From: the human T2T-CHM13v2.0 reference genome, Homo sapiens
Length of the DNA: 64,000 nt
NCBI RefSeq assembly: GCF_009914755.1
Contig: NC_060936.1
Direction: 5' to 3' (one strand)
Of this stretch, positions 1 to 14,937 are shown piece after piece. The translations under genes were made by a program, and so were the position numbers. The notes beneath the pieces are model-generated. The model ran no database searches and was not told where the DNA came from. It saw only the letters and a list, made by a program, of their open reading frames with translations. Every line of letters starts with the position of its first letter. Within the stretch, counting starts at the first letter, position 1.

Positions 1-257
1 TGTCCAGGGTGAGGTTAGGGTGGCAGCTGCAGATGGCTGATCCTTCACCAGTCTCAGGAATCACCAGCTTCTTTTCCCATGTGGCCCTTTGCTGCCCTAA
101 GTAGGAGTCCAGTGTTTATGCATGTTTTTACAATATTGAAAGATTAACATTTCTCCTACAATTTGACCTCTAAATACAAGGAAACAGCTTCATCTGGTTC
201 GCAACCAAATAATAACGTGGGATCAGCTGGCTGGGCAGGACTTACTGTATTTAGAAA

Positions 258-319
258 TGATCTATGGATGGCCAGTGTGCTTGTGATCTATGGATGGCCA
301 GTGATCTATGGATGGCCAG
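258..319. repeat. Short direct repeat, 3 x TGATCTATGGATGGCCAG (18 bp)
   Basis: Exact copies at 258-275, 284-301 and 302-319. Confidence 0.95.
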
Positions 320-365
320 GCTGCTTCCTATGGGATTTGTGAGGGAATTTTGGGATATATGTAAC

Positions 366-880
366 TGTATTAGGGTTCTCTAGTGGGACAAGACTAATAG
401 GATAGATGTATATATAAAGGGGAGCTTATTAAGGAGTATTGACTCACACGATCACAAGGTGAGGTCCCACAAGAGGCCGTCTGCAAGCTGAGGAGCCAGG
501 AAGCCAGTCTGAGTCCCAAAACCTCAAAAGTGGGGAAGCCAGTAGGGCAGCCTTCAGTCTATGGTCAAAGGTCCCAGAGCCCCTGGCAAACCACTGGTGT
601 AAGTCCAAGAGTCCAAAAGCTGAAGAACTTGGAGTCCGATGTTCCAGGGCAGGAAGCATCCAGCACAGGAGAAAGATGAGGCCGGAAGACTCAGCCAGTC
701 TAGTCTTTCCATGTTCTTTTGGCTGCTTTTATCCTAGCCGTGCTGGCAGCTGATTAGATGGTGCCCACCCAGTTTGAGGTTGGGTCCGCCTCTCCCAGTC
801 AGATGTTAACAGACACACTGAGGAATAATGCTTTGCATCCTTCAATCCGATCAAGTTGAGAATTAATATTAACCATCACA
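366..880 (-). mobile_element. MLT2A (MLT2A2-like) ERVL solo LTR
   Basis: Minus strand starts TGTGATGGTTAATATT and ends ...GAGAACCCTAATACA; body matches recalled MLT2A consensus; 5-bp TSD GTAAC/GTGAC. Confidence 0.9.
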
Positions 881-999
881 GTGACCATCGCCAAAAATCA
901 CCATGCTGATTTTGGATCCCAAGGTATACCTGAGAAGTATTGGGGAAACATCAAAACCAGACACAGATTAAAATAAGAAAGAAAGACAACTTCGACATT

Positions 1000-1200
1000 T
1001 TTTTGAGTGCTAGACATTCTTCTGTGAAGTTCCTGTGTACTAACTCATTTAGTCATCAGAACATGACTATTAGGTAGGTACTATCATTATCCTTCCCATT
1101 TCACAGATGAAGCAACGGATGCACAGAGAGATTCAGGAACTTGCCCAAGGACCTGGTTAGAGTGACAGAACCATGATTTGAATGCAGATAGACTAGGCCT
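1000..1200 (-). mobile_element. MIR SINE
   Basis: Reverse-complement core CCCATTTCACAGATGAAGCAACGGATGCACAGAGAG...CTTGCCCAAGG. Confidence 0.75.
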
Positions 1201-1760
1201 ACCACACTACACCACATTCCTATCTCCTTAACCAGACAGTGATCTCCAGGAAACTTGAATTAGGGTTCCTCATCTTTTCATCTTCTCTAGGTCTGGCCCT
1301 GACCTGTGATCACTGGGAATTCAATAAAGGCTCGCTTCAACTTGAATTGACTTCTTCGATTGTTGACTATCCTTTAAAACATTTTGACAAAAGAAAAAGA
1401 ACAACTGCCCAGGAACTCAGCATTTAGAGGCAATCTATAGCTTCTTAAACACAGCAAAAGGGGTGGAAACAGGATAATAAAATGAAATATAAATAGCTTC
1501 ACCATTATCCGTAGAACCCATTATGAAGCATAACAGTGGCTGGTCTCTCTCACTCTCTCTAAAATACAACCTCTTTGCAATGTTTTGTTTCTGTTACTGT
1601 TTCTGCTCGGGTAAAAGGATTACAAATAAAGGGTTAAACGTTTTAGTGAGAATTGTATTAATTGGGCCAGAGGTTGAATGTAGGCCTATATTTGTGCTAA
1701 CGCTGAAAAACGTTTTGCAAAGCCATATCATGTATTTGAGGTAGCAAGGGAAAGGCTTAG

Positions 1761-2095
<335 letters not shown>

Positions 2096-2312
2096 TGACT
2101 GTTTTCAAGCAAGTTGACAACCACTTTGCCAGAGCTCCTTTAATGAGCTAATTACAAAGGGCTCTTAGGTGTCCTCTGAAGCCAGTTCTGGAGGAGCTCC
2201 ACTTAAGAGACACTGAATGAGTCATTAGCACCTGAAATACTATACACACTGTTGGCTCTTGGAACATATAATGGAATTAATGTTTTTGCCACTTCAGACT
2301 GATCTTCTGTAG

Positions 2313-2863
2313 TAGTCAGGACGTTTTCAGTTGTAAGCAACAGAAAACCAATTCAAATTGGCTTACACAGAGAGGAGTGTTTTCGAGCATTAGGCATGGC
2401 TGAAACTCTGTGCTTAAAGGCTATCAGCAGGAATCTGACTGTGTCCATTTCTTGGCTTTTCTTCCTTTGTGTTTGTTCCATTCTTAAGCAGGCTTTCTCT
2501 AAATGGTGTTAAAACTGTTTCTAGCAGTTTCAGCCTCGTACACCATCACCTAGCGCCCCAGTGGAAAGAGAGCATCTACTTGTCAATAACTCTAGCAAGA
2601 ATCCCAGGGCTAAGATTCCTTGACTCTGATTGCCTTAGCTTGGGTTACATGCCCACCCTCGAGCCAATCCTGGTGGCCAGAACAATGTAATAGTCTTATT
2701 GGTCAGAACTGAGTCAAACCAAGACATGGGTGGGCCCCATTGAATCACGCTTCTAGATGGAAGGAGGTAGTTTCCCAGATAAATATCCAGGTTCAGATGC
2801 CAGATGATGGGATTGGGAGGTGAGGGGGATTGGAGACTGGGCCGGCAAAACCAATGAATGTCC
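2313..2863 (-). mobile_element. Old MaLR LTR (MLT1K/L-like)
   Basis: TAGTCAGGAC..TTCAGTTGTAAGCAACAGAAAACC, then TCTGATTG...TTGGGTTACATGCCCACCC..GAGCCAATC. Confidence 0.7.
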
Positions 2864-3375
2864 CTGGAACCTTCCCTCTAAATAATTTCCAACAAGCAAG
2901 GTGTTACCAAACTGAGGGACTTCATATGGTTTATAAGCAAAACTTAGATATTTGCTTAGATATCTGAGGTTTAAAACATGGCCTATATTGGCTACAACAT
3001 TTTGGAAATATTTTCTGCAAATTGCACTCACCCACATGGCTTGAAGTTTGGGGATTTTCCTTTTTTCTTTTATTAAAGAAAAAAAATTGTTTTAATTCTT
3101 GGAACAAGTCCTTAAGAAAAAGAGGAACAGAAATGCCACAACATGATTTGAAACAGACGACTCCGAGAGCAAAATTTGCGTGGCAAATTAGCACACAGTT
3201 GACATTCCTTCTGTCCTGATGACATTTCTGATGTTGAATAATATTCCTGGGGTTCCTCTCTAAACTATTATGCCTTTTATTTTTTATGTTAATGACTTTG
3301 TTCCTAATTACAATAGCAATACCTGCCTAATTGAGAAAGAATTGAATGTATCAAGAAAGCACCCACAGTGAGCTA

Positions 3376-3376
<1 letters not shown>

Positions 3377-3413
<37 letters not shown>

Positions 3414-3424
3414 ACACATACATA
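3377..3424. repeat. (CA)n microsatellite
   Basis: Direct reading. Confidence 0.95.
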
Positions 3425-3489
3425 CTGTTCATTGCCCAACATTCTAGTTAGGAACATCTGTTTAATAAGTGTCATGCCCTAGGTGTTAG

Positions 3490-3615
3490 ATAGTCGCTGT
3501 CCTAGTCCCATTTCACAGATGGATAAGCTGAGGCTCACAGTATTCAAGCTGTTAAGTACCAGAGCTAAGAATTCAACTTTTATCTGTCTGAGCACAAAGC
3601 CTTGGCCTTAATCAC
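3490..3615 (-). mobile_element. MIR fragment
   Basis: CCCATTTCACAGATGGATAAGCTGAGGCTCA core. Confidence 0.6.
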
Positions 3616-3708
3616 TATATTATTCCTCCACTCTACCCTGTTGCCCAAAGATTTTCAAAACTAACCTTACAGAAATGGTGTATTGTTCATAATTTCTACA
3701 GCTTGCTC

Positions 3709-4005
3709 TTTTTTTTTTTTTTTTTGAGTTGTAGTCTTGCTGTGTCACCCAGGCTGGAGTGCAGTGGCGCGATCTCGGCTCACTGCAACTTCTGCCTCCC
3801 GGGTTCAAGCAATTCTCTGCCTCAGCCTCCCAAGTAGCTGGGATTACAGGCACCTGCCACCACGCCCGGCTAATTTTTTGTAGTTTTAGTAGAGAAGGGG
3901 TTTCACCATCTTGGCCAGGCTGGTCTTGAACTCCTGACCTCGTGATCCACCTGCCTCGGTCTCCCAAAGTTTTGGGATTACAGGTGTGAGCCACTGCGCC
4001 TGGCC
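3709..4005 (-). mobile_element. AluSg-like
   Basis: Full dimer; TSD AGCTTGCT on both sides. Confidence 0.93.
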
Positions 4006-4165
4006 AGCTTGCTTTTTAAAATACCACATTTTCTTATGTCATTTAATACTCTTTCACATAATTTCTTTTGGACTGCACTGAGTCTATCACATGGATGCAC
4101 CATAATTTACTTAGCTAATCTTCAATTATTGGACATTTAGGTTGCTCCTAATTTTTTTAAAAAAA

Positions 4166-4467
<302 letters not shown>

Positions 4468-4480
4468 AAATTTTTTTAGT

Positions 4481-4564
4481 AATATATATACATACATATA
4501 TACACATATATACTATATATATACACACACACATATACAATATATATATACACATATATATGTA
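4481..4564. repeat. (TA)/(CA) compound microsatellite
   Basis: Direct reading. Confidence 0.9.
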
Positions 4565-4852
4565 TTTTTTTTTAGATGGAGTCTCGCTCTGTTGCTCAGG
4601 CTGGAGTACAGTGATGTGATCTCGGCTCACTGTAACCTCTGCCTCCTGGGTTCAAGTGACTCTCCTGCCTCAGTCTCCTGAGTAGCTGGGATTACAGGCG
4701 CACGCCACCATGCCCGGCTAATTTTTGTATTTTTAGTAGAGACGGGGTTTCACCATTTTGGTCAGGCTGGTCTCGAACTCCTGATCTCGTGATCCACCCT
4801 TCTTGGCCTCCCAAAGTGCTGGGATTACAGGCGTGAGCCACCACGCCTGGCT
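4565..4852 (-). mobile_element. AluSg-like
   Basis: Full dimer. Confidence 0.93.
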
Positions 4853-5086
4853 TAGTATTATATTAATGCTGCAGTGAACCACCTTGGAGAAATATTTTCC
4901 AATACAACTCTGATTATGTTCTTACCACAAATTCCTAGAATTACTGGATCAAAAAGATTTTGTATATTTAGTATTTAATAGCTATTGCCAAATTGTTCTT
5001 TAGAAAGGCAGACCCAATGTGCAATCCTAAGATAACTTGCCTCCTTCCCTCCCTTTCTTCCTTCCTTTCTTCCTTCCATTCTCTTT

Positions 5087-5203
5087 CTTGAGACAGGGTC
5101 TCACTATATTGCCCAAGTTGGCTTTGAACTCCCATCTCAGGAGATCCTCTCTTCTCAGCCTCCCGAGTAGCTGGGACTCCAGGCATGCACCACCGTGCCT
5201 GGT
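5087..5203 (-). mobile_element. FLAM (free left Alu monomer)
   Basis: Monomer-length Alu sequence with CT-rich tail. Confidence 0.8.
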
Positions 5204-5427
5204 GAAACTATGAATTTCTACTTTCCCACTCGGACCCATTATGCCTCTTCTTCAGAGATGACTAATCATGAGCTAATTGTGCCTCTCATCTCCTGCAATG
5301 GGGAATAGAGTCCCTTTCAACATATAAATCATTCAGTAGTATTCAAATGGTTTAATGCAAATGCAGTGGTAAAAAAAAAATTGCTCAGTGATAATTTGCA
5401 TCCCAACCATCATCACTGTCTGCATTA

Positions 5428-5847
<420 letters not shown>

Positions 5848-6102
5848 CTAGTGGGAGTGATGTGATGGCTTCAGTAAAGGATGATGACGTGGCTGATCTG
5901 CTGCAATGACCCCTCTGACTGTAGGTGGTTATGTTGACATGGAGTCCGTCACACCCAACTTCCCTTTGTATGGGAACTCCCCTGCCTGCGGTGCTCTGCT
6001 TAGAGGAGCCACGGTCAGCTGTTTTCTGTCTAATTGGACTGGGCTCATGACCTACCGTGTAGTCAGACTCAAAACACAAGAGAATCAGACCTCTCTGAGA
6101 AA

Positions 6103-6418
6103 TTTATTTATTAATTCATTTACTTTTGAGACAGAGTCTCGCTGTCTCACCCAGGCTGGAGTGCAGTGGCACGGTCATGGCTCACGGAAGCCTCAACCTC
6201 CTGGGCCCAATTGACCTTCCCACCTTAGCCTCTCGAGTAGCTGGAACCACAGGCATGCGCCACCACGCCTGGCTAATTTTTGTATTTTTTTTTGTAGAGA
6301 CGGAGTTTCAACATGTTACCCAGGCTGGTCTTGAACTCCTGGCCTCAAGTGATCTGCCTGCCTTAGCCTCAGCCTCTCAAAGTGCTGGGATTACAGGCAT
6401 GAGCCACCACATCCGGCC
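6103..6418 (-). mobile_element. AluJ
   Basis: J-type TCATGGCTCAC..AGCCTCAACCTCCTGGGC. Confidence 0.9.
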
Positions 6419-6539
6419 TCTTTCAGAAATTTAAACTTGAAGAACTGAAACAATCGAAGGCAAGCAGGGGGTAGCTGAATCCAGTAGTGGAAAGGGGGAA
6501 ATTGAAGGGCAGATTCCGTAGTCTAAGAGTTCGTGACTC

Positions 6540-6605
6540 TATGTCAAGCACAGGCTTGGCCCACTGTTGATGTTCAATACGTATTTGTTGTTGAATGAAT
6601 GAGCG
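6540..6605 (+). mobile_element. L2 3' end
   Basis: AGCACAGGCTTGGC...TCAATACGTATTTGTTG..GAATGAATGA. Confidence 0.6.
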
Positions 6606-6953
6606 GAAGGATTTGATGATAGCCGACCTCTCTCTTCTTTCTCCGTCCAGGGTGCCTCCCCCTTCTGGTAGCAGCATCCCCATTCCTTTGGGAGCCTGCC
6701 TAGAATGTTAATTCTAGCTGGGGGAATTCTAATTGCAATTCTAAAATGTAATTCTAGCAAGGGGAAGGCAGGTTCCCGAAGAAATGGGAAACAGGTTCAC
6801 TCCATATGGATTGACACTGCCTACCTGAACCACCTGAATTAAGAAGTGTGGTATCCTCAGCTCTTGAGGCTCCCCATGATGTGACACTAGTGTCCTTTTC
6901 TGCTTCTATGCTCACACTCCTCCTTGGCTTCTTTCCCTTCCCTGGATGTCCGC

Positions 6954-7269
6954 TTTTCTGTTTTTTGTTTTGTTTTGTTTTGTTTTGACACAGAGTCTCA
7001 CTGTGTTGCCCAGGCTGGAGTGCAGTGGCGAGATCTTGGCTCACTGCAAACCTCTGCCTCCTGGGTTCAAGCAATTCTTGTGCCTCAGCCTCCCAAGTAG
7101 CTGGGATTACAGGTGCCCACAACCATGCCCAGCTTATTTTTGCATTTTTAGTAGAGACGGGGTGTCACCACATTGGCCAGGCTGGTCTCCAACTCCTAGC
7201 CTCAAGTGATCCGCCTGCCTCTGCCTCCCAGAGTGCTGGGATTATAGCCGTGAGCCACCGTGCCCAGCC
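6954..7269 (-). mobile_element. AluS
   Basis: Full dimer with (TTTTG)n tail. Confidence 0.93.
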
Positions 7270-7279
7270 CTAATTCTCT

Positions 7280-8205
<926 letters not shown>

Positions 8206-8436
8206 TGTAATGCGACTTTAAAATATAACACTAAATACTTATTAACATGGGGTTGTACCAGACATGTGTTTAACTCATGCAAATCCAACTCTGCATGTTT
8301 GCCTTGGTAATGAGGAAGTGGGTATAATCCTCCAGAACCAAAGGGCCAGGGAGGAGGTCTGAGTGCCACTCCAAATGGGGTGTGGAGGACTGAACTCCTC
8401 CTTCCCTGGCTTCTGTAGCTGAGGGAGGCACAAAAC

Positions 8437-9483
8437 CAGTGGTTCCCAACTTTATCCCAATGCTTAGTACCAGGATGCCCTTTTTATTATTTATTTCTGT
8501 ATTTATTTATTTAGAGACAGGGTCTTTCTCTGTTGCCCAGACTGGCAGTGGCGTGATCATGGCTCACTGTAGCCTCCAACTGCTGGGCTCAAGTGATCCT
8601 CCCACCTGGGCTTCTGAGTAGCTGAGACTACAGGCGCACCACACTAGCACATCCAGCTAATTTTTAAATTTTTTGTAGAAACAAGGTCTCGCTATGTTGT
8701 CCAGGCTGGTCTCGAACTCCTGGCCTCAAACGATCCGCCTGCCTCAGCCTCCCAAATGCTGGGATTACAGGTGTGAGCCACTGTGCCCGGCCAGGATACC
8801 CTTTTCAAAACCTTCAAAAATATCACCAACCTGCACTTGAGTGTTTTCTCATGAGAAAAGGCATAACAACAAAAAGCCACTGTGAATTAGTATGTACTTT
8901 TAAAGAATTTTTAAAAATTGCACTAGTGCTGAAAAACTATTCATGTGTCTATATGTGGGAGGTATTGTTTATTCATTCTATGGACCATTCCATCTGCACT
9001 TTGGGTATGCAGACTCTTGCTGTATGACTCTGGGGCCCAACCCCCAACACCTCTACAGCCCTTGGGTTCCAGTGGTGCAGTTCTTGGTATGTGGCCTGCA
9101 GCCCACTGAGTGGGTCTAAGCTCCTTTCTACAGGCCATCAACTGATCCTAAAAGGTCACATTCTTCCTCTGGTTCTTATGAACAAGTTACACATATATCC
9201 GTTGATTTCCAGCTTGATGCATGACTAAGTGCCACTTTCTAGGAACCTACTAAGTGAGTTACTACAATTGACTAGTCATAACTAAAATTAGAGTGTTACT
9301 GGGAATTACCGAGAACTCAGCCGCAGGGATCTTCTGGAAGCCTGGCTCCTGCATGATGCTTTTCAATGCTGCAAAACTCCTACTGCACAAGTCACAAAGC
9401 AGGAACTGGTGGCTGCAGATGGGAGGAAGGGTCTTTGGCCTTGCCTAAGTGAGCCAAAGATCAAAAGCATTTGAGAGCCACTG
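8437..9483. mobile_element. Possible hAT-Charlie DNA transposon relic, interrupted by AluJ
   Basis: TIR-like ends CAGTGGTTCCCAA (8437) and TTGAGAGCCACTG (9471-9483); no matching TSD. Confidence 0.4.
8481..8792 (-). mobile_element. AluJ
   Basis: J diagnostics; TSD AGGAT(G/A)CCCTTTT. Confidence 0.9.
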
Positions 9484-9689
9484 TTCTAGGATCTGGAAAT
9501 TCAGTAATCTACTCTCCTGGGTGCTTTAGTCCCCCATCTCGATATCCCTGACATTTCCAGCTGCTCTTAACGTCATTCCCAACTTGCACTTTTAGACCAC
9601 CATAAGTTACCTATAAAGCATGCTTTAAACAACTGATATTATAAATAACATTCAAATTCCAGTTCTGACCTCTAAATGCCTAAGCCGAC

Positions 9690-10237
9690 CATTCAGTTAA
9701 TAAATATTCAATAATACTCAAATATATTCAGGCGTATATTAGATCCAGGGCATGTAGTAGTCATCAAGACTGTTGCATTCCCTGTTTGCATGGAACTTAT
9801 GGTCTGGTATCAGAAAAAGACACTATATAAATAAATGAAGCAATGATAACATTTCATGGGCTTAAAAAAATAAAGTATTGAGGTAGAGGCTGGGTGCAGT
9901 GGCTCATGCCTATAATCCCAGCACTTTGGGAGGCTGATGGGGGGGATCATTTGAGGTCAGAAGTTTGAGACCAGCCTGAACAACATGGGGAAACCCCGTC
10001 TCTACTAAAAGTATGAAAAATTAGCCAAGCGTAGTGGCACAAGTCGGTAATCCCAGCTACTGAGGAGGCTGAGGCACAAGAATCATTTTGAACCTGGGAG
10101 GCAGAGATTGCAGTGAGCCAAGATTGTACCACTGCACTCCAGCCTGTGCAACGGAGCAAAACTCTGTCTCCAGAAAAAAAGTATTGAGGTAGAGAATGGC
10201 ATGGGAGTCCCTATTTGAACACAGTGGTCAGGAAAGA
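9690..10237 (-). mobile_element. L2 fragment (resumes at 12860-13003)
   Basis: CATTCAGTTAATAAATATT...CCTGTTTGCATGGAACTTATGGTCTGGT...GTGGTCAGGAAAG. Confidence 0.6.
9888..10180 (+). mobile_element. AluS
   Basis: TSD AAAGTATTGAGGTAGA. Confidence 0.94.
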
Positions 10238-10484
10238 TGTCTTAGTCCATTTTATGTTGCTATACAGGAATACCTAAGGCTAGGTGATTTGTAAATAAGT
10301 TTTTTTGGTGCACACTGCCACAGGCCGTACAAAAAGCATGGTGCCAACATCGGCTTCTAGTGAGGGCCTCATGCTGCTTCCACCCAACGGGAGATAAATA
10401 GGAAATGGTGTGTGCAGAGATTGTATGGCAGGAGAGGGCGAACGAGAGAGGAGAGATGTACCAGATTCTCAAGGGAACCAATAG

Positions 10485-11187
<703 letters not shown>

Positions 11188-11243
11188 GGATCAAATTTCA
11201 ACATGAAGTTTCAGGGGACAAACATCCAAACCATAGCAAAAGA

Positions 11244-11600
11244 TGTATCAACCAGGGTTCTGTGATTGTAAGCAACAGAAAATGATGCTGGAAATTTATT
11301 GGAAAGATGTGGGAGACTTGCAGAAGCAATGGAAAAACTGGACCTTGTGAAGGAATGACCAGAACCACACAAATTCTAGGGATGTAGGGAGCAAGAATGA
11401 ATGGAGTGTCTCTTAAGTGTCTCACGTACATGACATATCAATGTCAGCCATTGTCTGTCTTTGGTTCATTTGGGTCAAGGGCTTATTCATTTGGCATGGA
11501 GGGAAGGGAAGGGCAGGAAACCTTGATTGGCAGTTGCTCCAAGGCCATGTAGAATGCAGGAAGAAAACAGGGGTTCCATGGTGGACCCCACTGGCTGGCC
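11244..11600 (-). mobile_element. Probable old ERVL/MaLR LTR fragment
   Basis: TGTATCAACCAGGGTTCT..TTGTAAGCAACAGAAA..GAAATTTATTGGAA LTR-end pattern. Confidence 0.45.
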
Positions 11601-12063
11601 AAACCAACACGCATTTCTACCTCATTCCCTCTGCCAATTTCCATTGTCAAGACTAGAAAAAGCAAAATCTTTGCCTTCCTAGCCTCCCTTGCAGCAAGGG
11701 ATGGGTGTATTACACAGGTCTGGCCAATGAGACAAGCTGCTGTGGATGGAAGAAGGTGTTCCGGAAAAACTTTTGCTTTTGAATAAAAGGGACAGGTGTT
11801 GCCAGTACCACCACTTCCCCACTTCTTCTTGTTTTGAACATGGCCATAAACCTTGGAATGACAGTCATCTGCTTTCTTGCAACCACGATAGAAAATGCAA
11901 GCGACTCACAGAGATACAGACTTTGGTATTGCTGGGTTGAACCAACTCTGGAATTACCTAAGCTAGATCTCTTGTTTTGTGAGAAAAATAAATCCTTATT
12001 TTTTTAAGTCATTGTTTATCAGGTGGTCTTCTGTTACTTGCAGCCAAACGTATTTTTTGGTAA
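11600..12063 (+). mobile_element. MLT1I/J LTR
   Basis: AGCCTCCCTTGCAGC..TGGCCAATGAGA...GTGAGAAAAATAAA..CTGTTACTTGCAGCCAAA. Confidence 0.75.
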
Positions 12064-12064
12064 T

Positions 12065-12793
12065 TGTGGTAGATTGTATTATTGTTCCCAACTGTTTGCT
12101 CCCCTTCCTGTAATGGGATTATACATCCCTGTCCATTGTCATGTAAATTTCAGTGCCTCCCAGCAGTGGTATATCCTTTCCCACCCCCGACAGACTTGGA
12201 CACAACTTGTTTTTTGTTTGTTTGTTTGTTTGCTTTTTGAGACAAGGTCTCACTCTGTCACCCAGGCTGGAGTGTAGTGTTGTGATCTCAGCTCACTGCA
12301 ACCTCCGCCCCCCAGGTTCAAGCGATTTTCCCACTTCAGCCTCCTGAGTAGCTAGGACTACAGGCACACGCCACCACACCTGGTGAATTTTAATATTTTT
12401 TGGTAGAGATGGGGTTTCACCATATTAGCCAAGCTGGTCTCAAACTCCTGACCTGCCCACGTTGGCCTCCCAAAGTGCTGAGATCACAGACATGAGCCAC
12501 TGTGCCTGGCCACAACTTGTTTTGATCAATGAACTGTGAGCAGATATGACAAATGCCAAGTCTGACCAGAAGCTTTAAGAGAGATTGTGTGATTCAGTTC
12601 TGTCACCTGCTGTTTTCCATCTGCCATATGGACAGCTTGTCCCAAATAGGGGCTGTTCCTTTAGACTGTGTCCCAGAATGAGAGATGCATGGAGCTGTAG
12701 CAGCTGAAATGTAACAAACATGAAATAAATGTTTGTTCTTGGAAGCCACTAACCTTGGGGTTGTTTGTTACTGCATCAAAACTGACCAATACA
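12065..12793 (+). mobile_element. MLT1H-like LTR interrupted by Alu
   Basis: TGTGGTAGATTG start; GAAATAAATGTTTG..AAGCCACT..GTTGTTTGTTACTGCA..CTGACCAATACA end. Confidence 0.8.
12210..12511 (-). mobile_element. Alu (J/S)
   Basis: TSD ACAACTTGTTTT. Confidence 0.92.
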
Positions 12794-12859
12794 CTGAAAA
12801 TGATCCTGTTACCTCCAAAACTAGTATGAATGTTAAGCATGCAAAATTAATGGTATCCA

Positions 12860-13003
12860 CTATTGAAGGCCTTACTGAGAACATGACAATAAAGCTGAGG
12901 TCTCAAGCATGCAAAGTGATCAGCCATGCAGATAAACAGGTGAAGAGTATTCTAGGTCAGGGAATCACATACTCAAAGACCTGAGCCAGGAAGGTGCTTG
13001 GCA
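12860..13003 (-). mobile_element. L2 fragment
   Basis: GAAGGCCTTACTGAG..AAGCTGAGG..CAGCCATGCA..AAGAGTATTCTAGG..CAAAGACCTGAG. Confidence 0.65.
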
Positions 13004-13609
<606 letters not shown>

Positions 13610-14714
13610 CATGCTTGGCATTTTTAAGAAACCAATGTCAGGATGACTTTCCTCTGTTCCCGTTCTTCCTGTTTTCAGGTCTTTTAGCTTGGACTTCTGT
13701 TTCTAGTGCTACTCTCTTCTCCTTGGACTTGCTGTTCCAACTCAGCTTCACTGTCCCTGATCATTTGTCTCTCTAAGGGCTCAGCTTGCTCTCATCTCTG
13801 GCTCATTCCACTCTTCACTATTTGGTGTTGCCCATCCCAGCCCTGACCCCAGGAACTGGGTCAAGCCAGAACCCAGCCTGGAAACACAAGGCCAGGCATC
13901 AGACAAGGGGGTGGTTTCATTTCTCTCCCCAGGCTCATTTTATGGTATTCCAGTTCAGCACTAGGGAAGCAGAAATCCTTCCATATTTCTTAATTGGTGG
14001 CCACACAGCTTGTTAAATTTAATTAATGAGGTATCATCAACTCATCTCTGATGCCTTGGTGGAAAGTTGAATTCCACATGCAGGTTGGGAAAACAGGTGG
14101 GTGAATGTGTCTCTGTGAGTTTCAGGGGTAGGTTGTATTCCTGGTGGGCACTCCTGGGATACTCGGTCTAAAACAGTCAAAATCTCATGTATATTAAATG
14201 AATGATATGCTTGCTCCCAAATCCTGTGAAACAGGCTCATTTTAGTATACCTCCCTGCCCTCAAGTTCTACCCCTGAGAACTCTGTCACAGCCCTGCAAT
14301 GCCTCCCTCTTCTCATGCCCCAGTCACTCAGTTTCTCAGGAGACCTTTCAGTTATTTATTTCTCACCCTTGTTTCTGAGAAAGTTGTGTCTTTTAAACAA
14401 ATCCTGTCTTACTCAGGTGAGCCTGATTGGATCTCTGTTCCTTACAACTCGAGATGTTCAGACGAGCCCACCTGTCCCCCATTTTGCCCGTGGCTGTCAT
14501 TTGGTGGAGATCATAATAAGATTATTTGGAGAAGTGATGCCTGCCAAACCCAACCCTCATTGTAAAAAGAGCAGAAGATTTGGCTCTTTTTACAGTGGAG
14601 TGAAGACGAACCTAGCAAAGAGATGCTGAGAAAGGGTGGGAAAGTAGAGAGATCGAAACAAGGAGTTAGAGGCTGTGAAAAAGATGGAAGAGGCTGATGG
14701 CTCTTCCAGAATTC

Positions 14715-14937
14715 ACAAGCTGGGGTCTTTGGGGACCCAATTCAGCCTTGCAAACATGTTTTGTTGGGCTGAAACCATGTCTTTAAAAAACGTTGAGTGT
14801 AAATGCTTTGAAGACAAGAATGCACTTTTCTGTTCACCATAGTCCCCACCACTCCCTATTGTCCTCCCAGTGGCTTCCTCCACTTAGTTGGAGTCTAATG
14901 GTCTAGTTCTTTAGCCAGTTGAGTTTGTCATCTGTGC
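14715..14937. mobile_element. MER102-like hAT-Charlie MITE
   Basis: AGTCCCCACCACTCCCTATTGTC and TGAGTTTGTCATCTGTG. Confidence 0.65.

Noticed and set aside
13655-14423. Isolated strong splice signals (acceptor near 13678, donor CAG|GTGAGC near 14418)
   Set aside because: No convincing partner sites or supporting context; isolated signals are ubiquitous.
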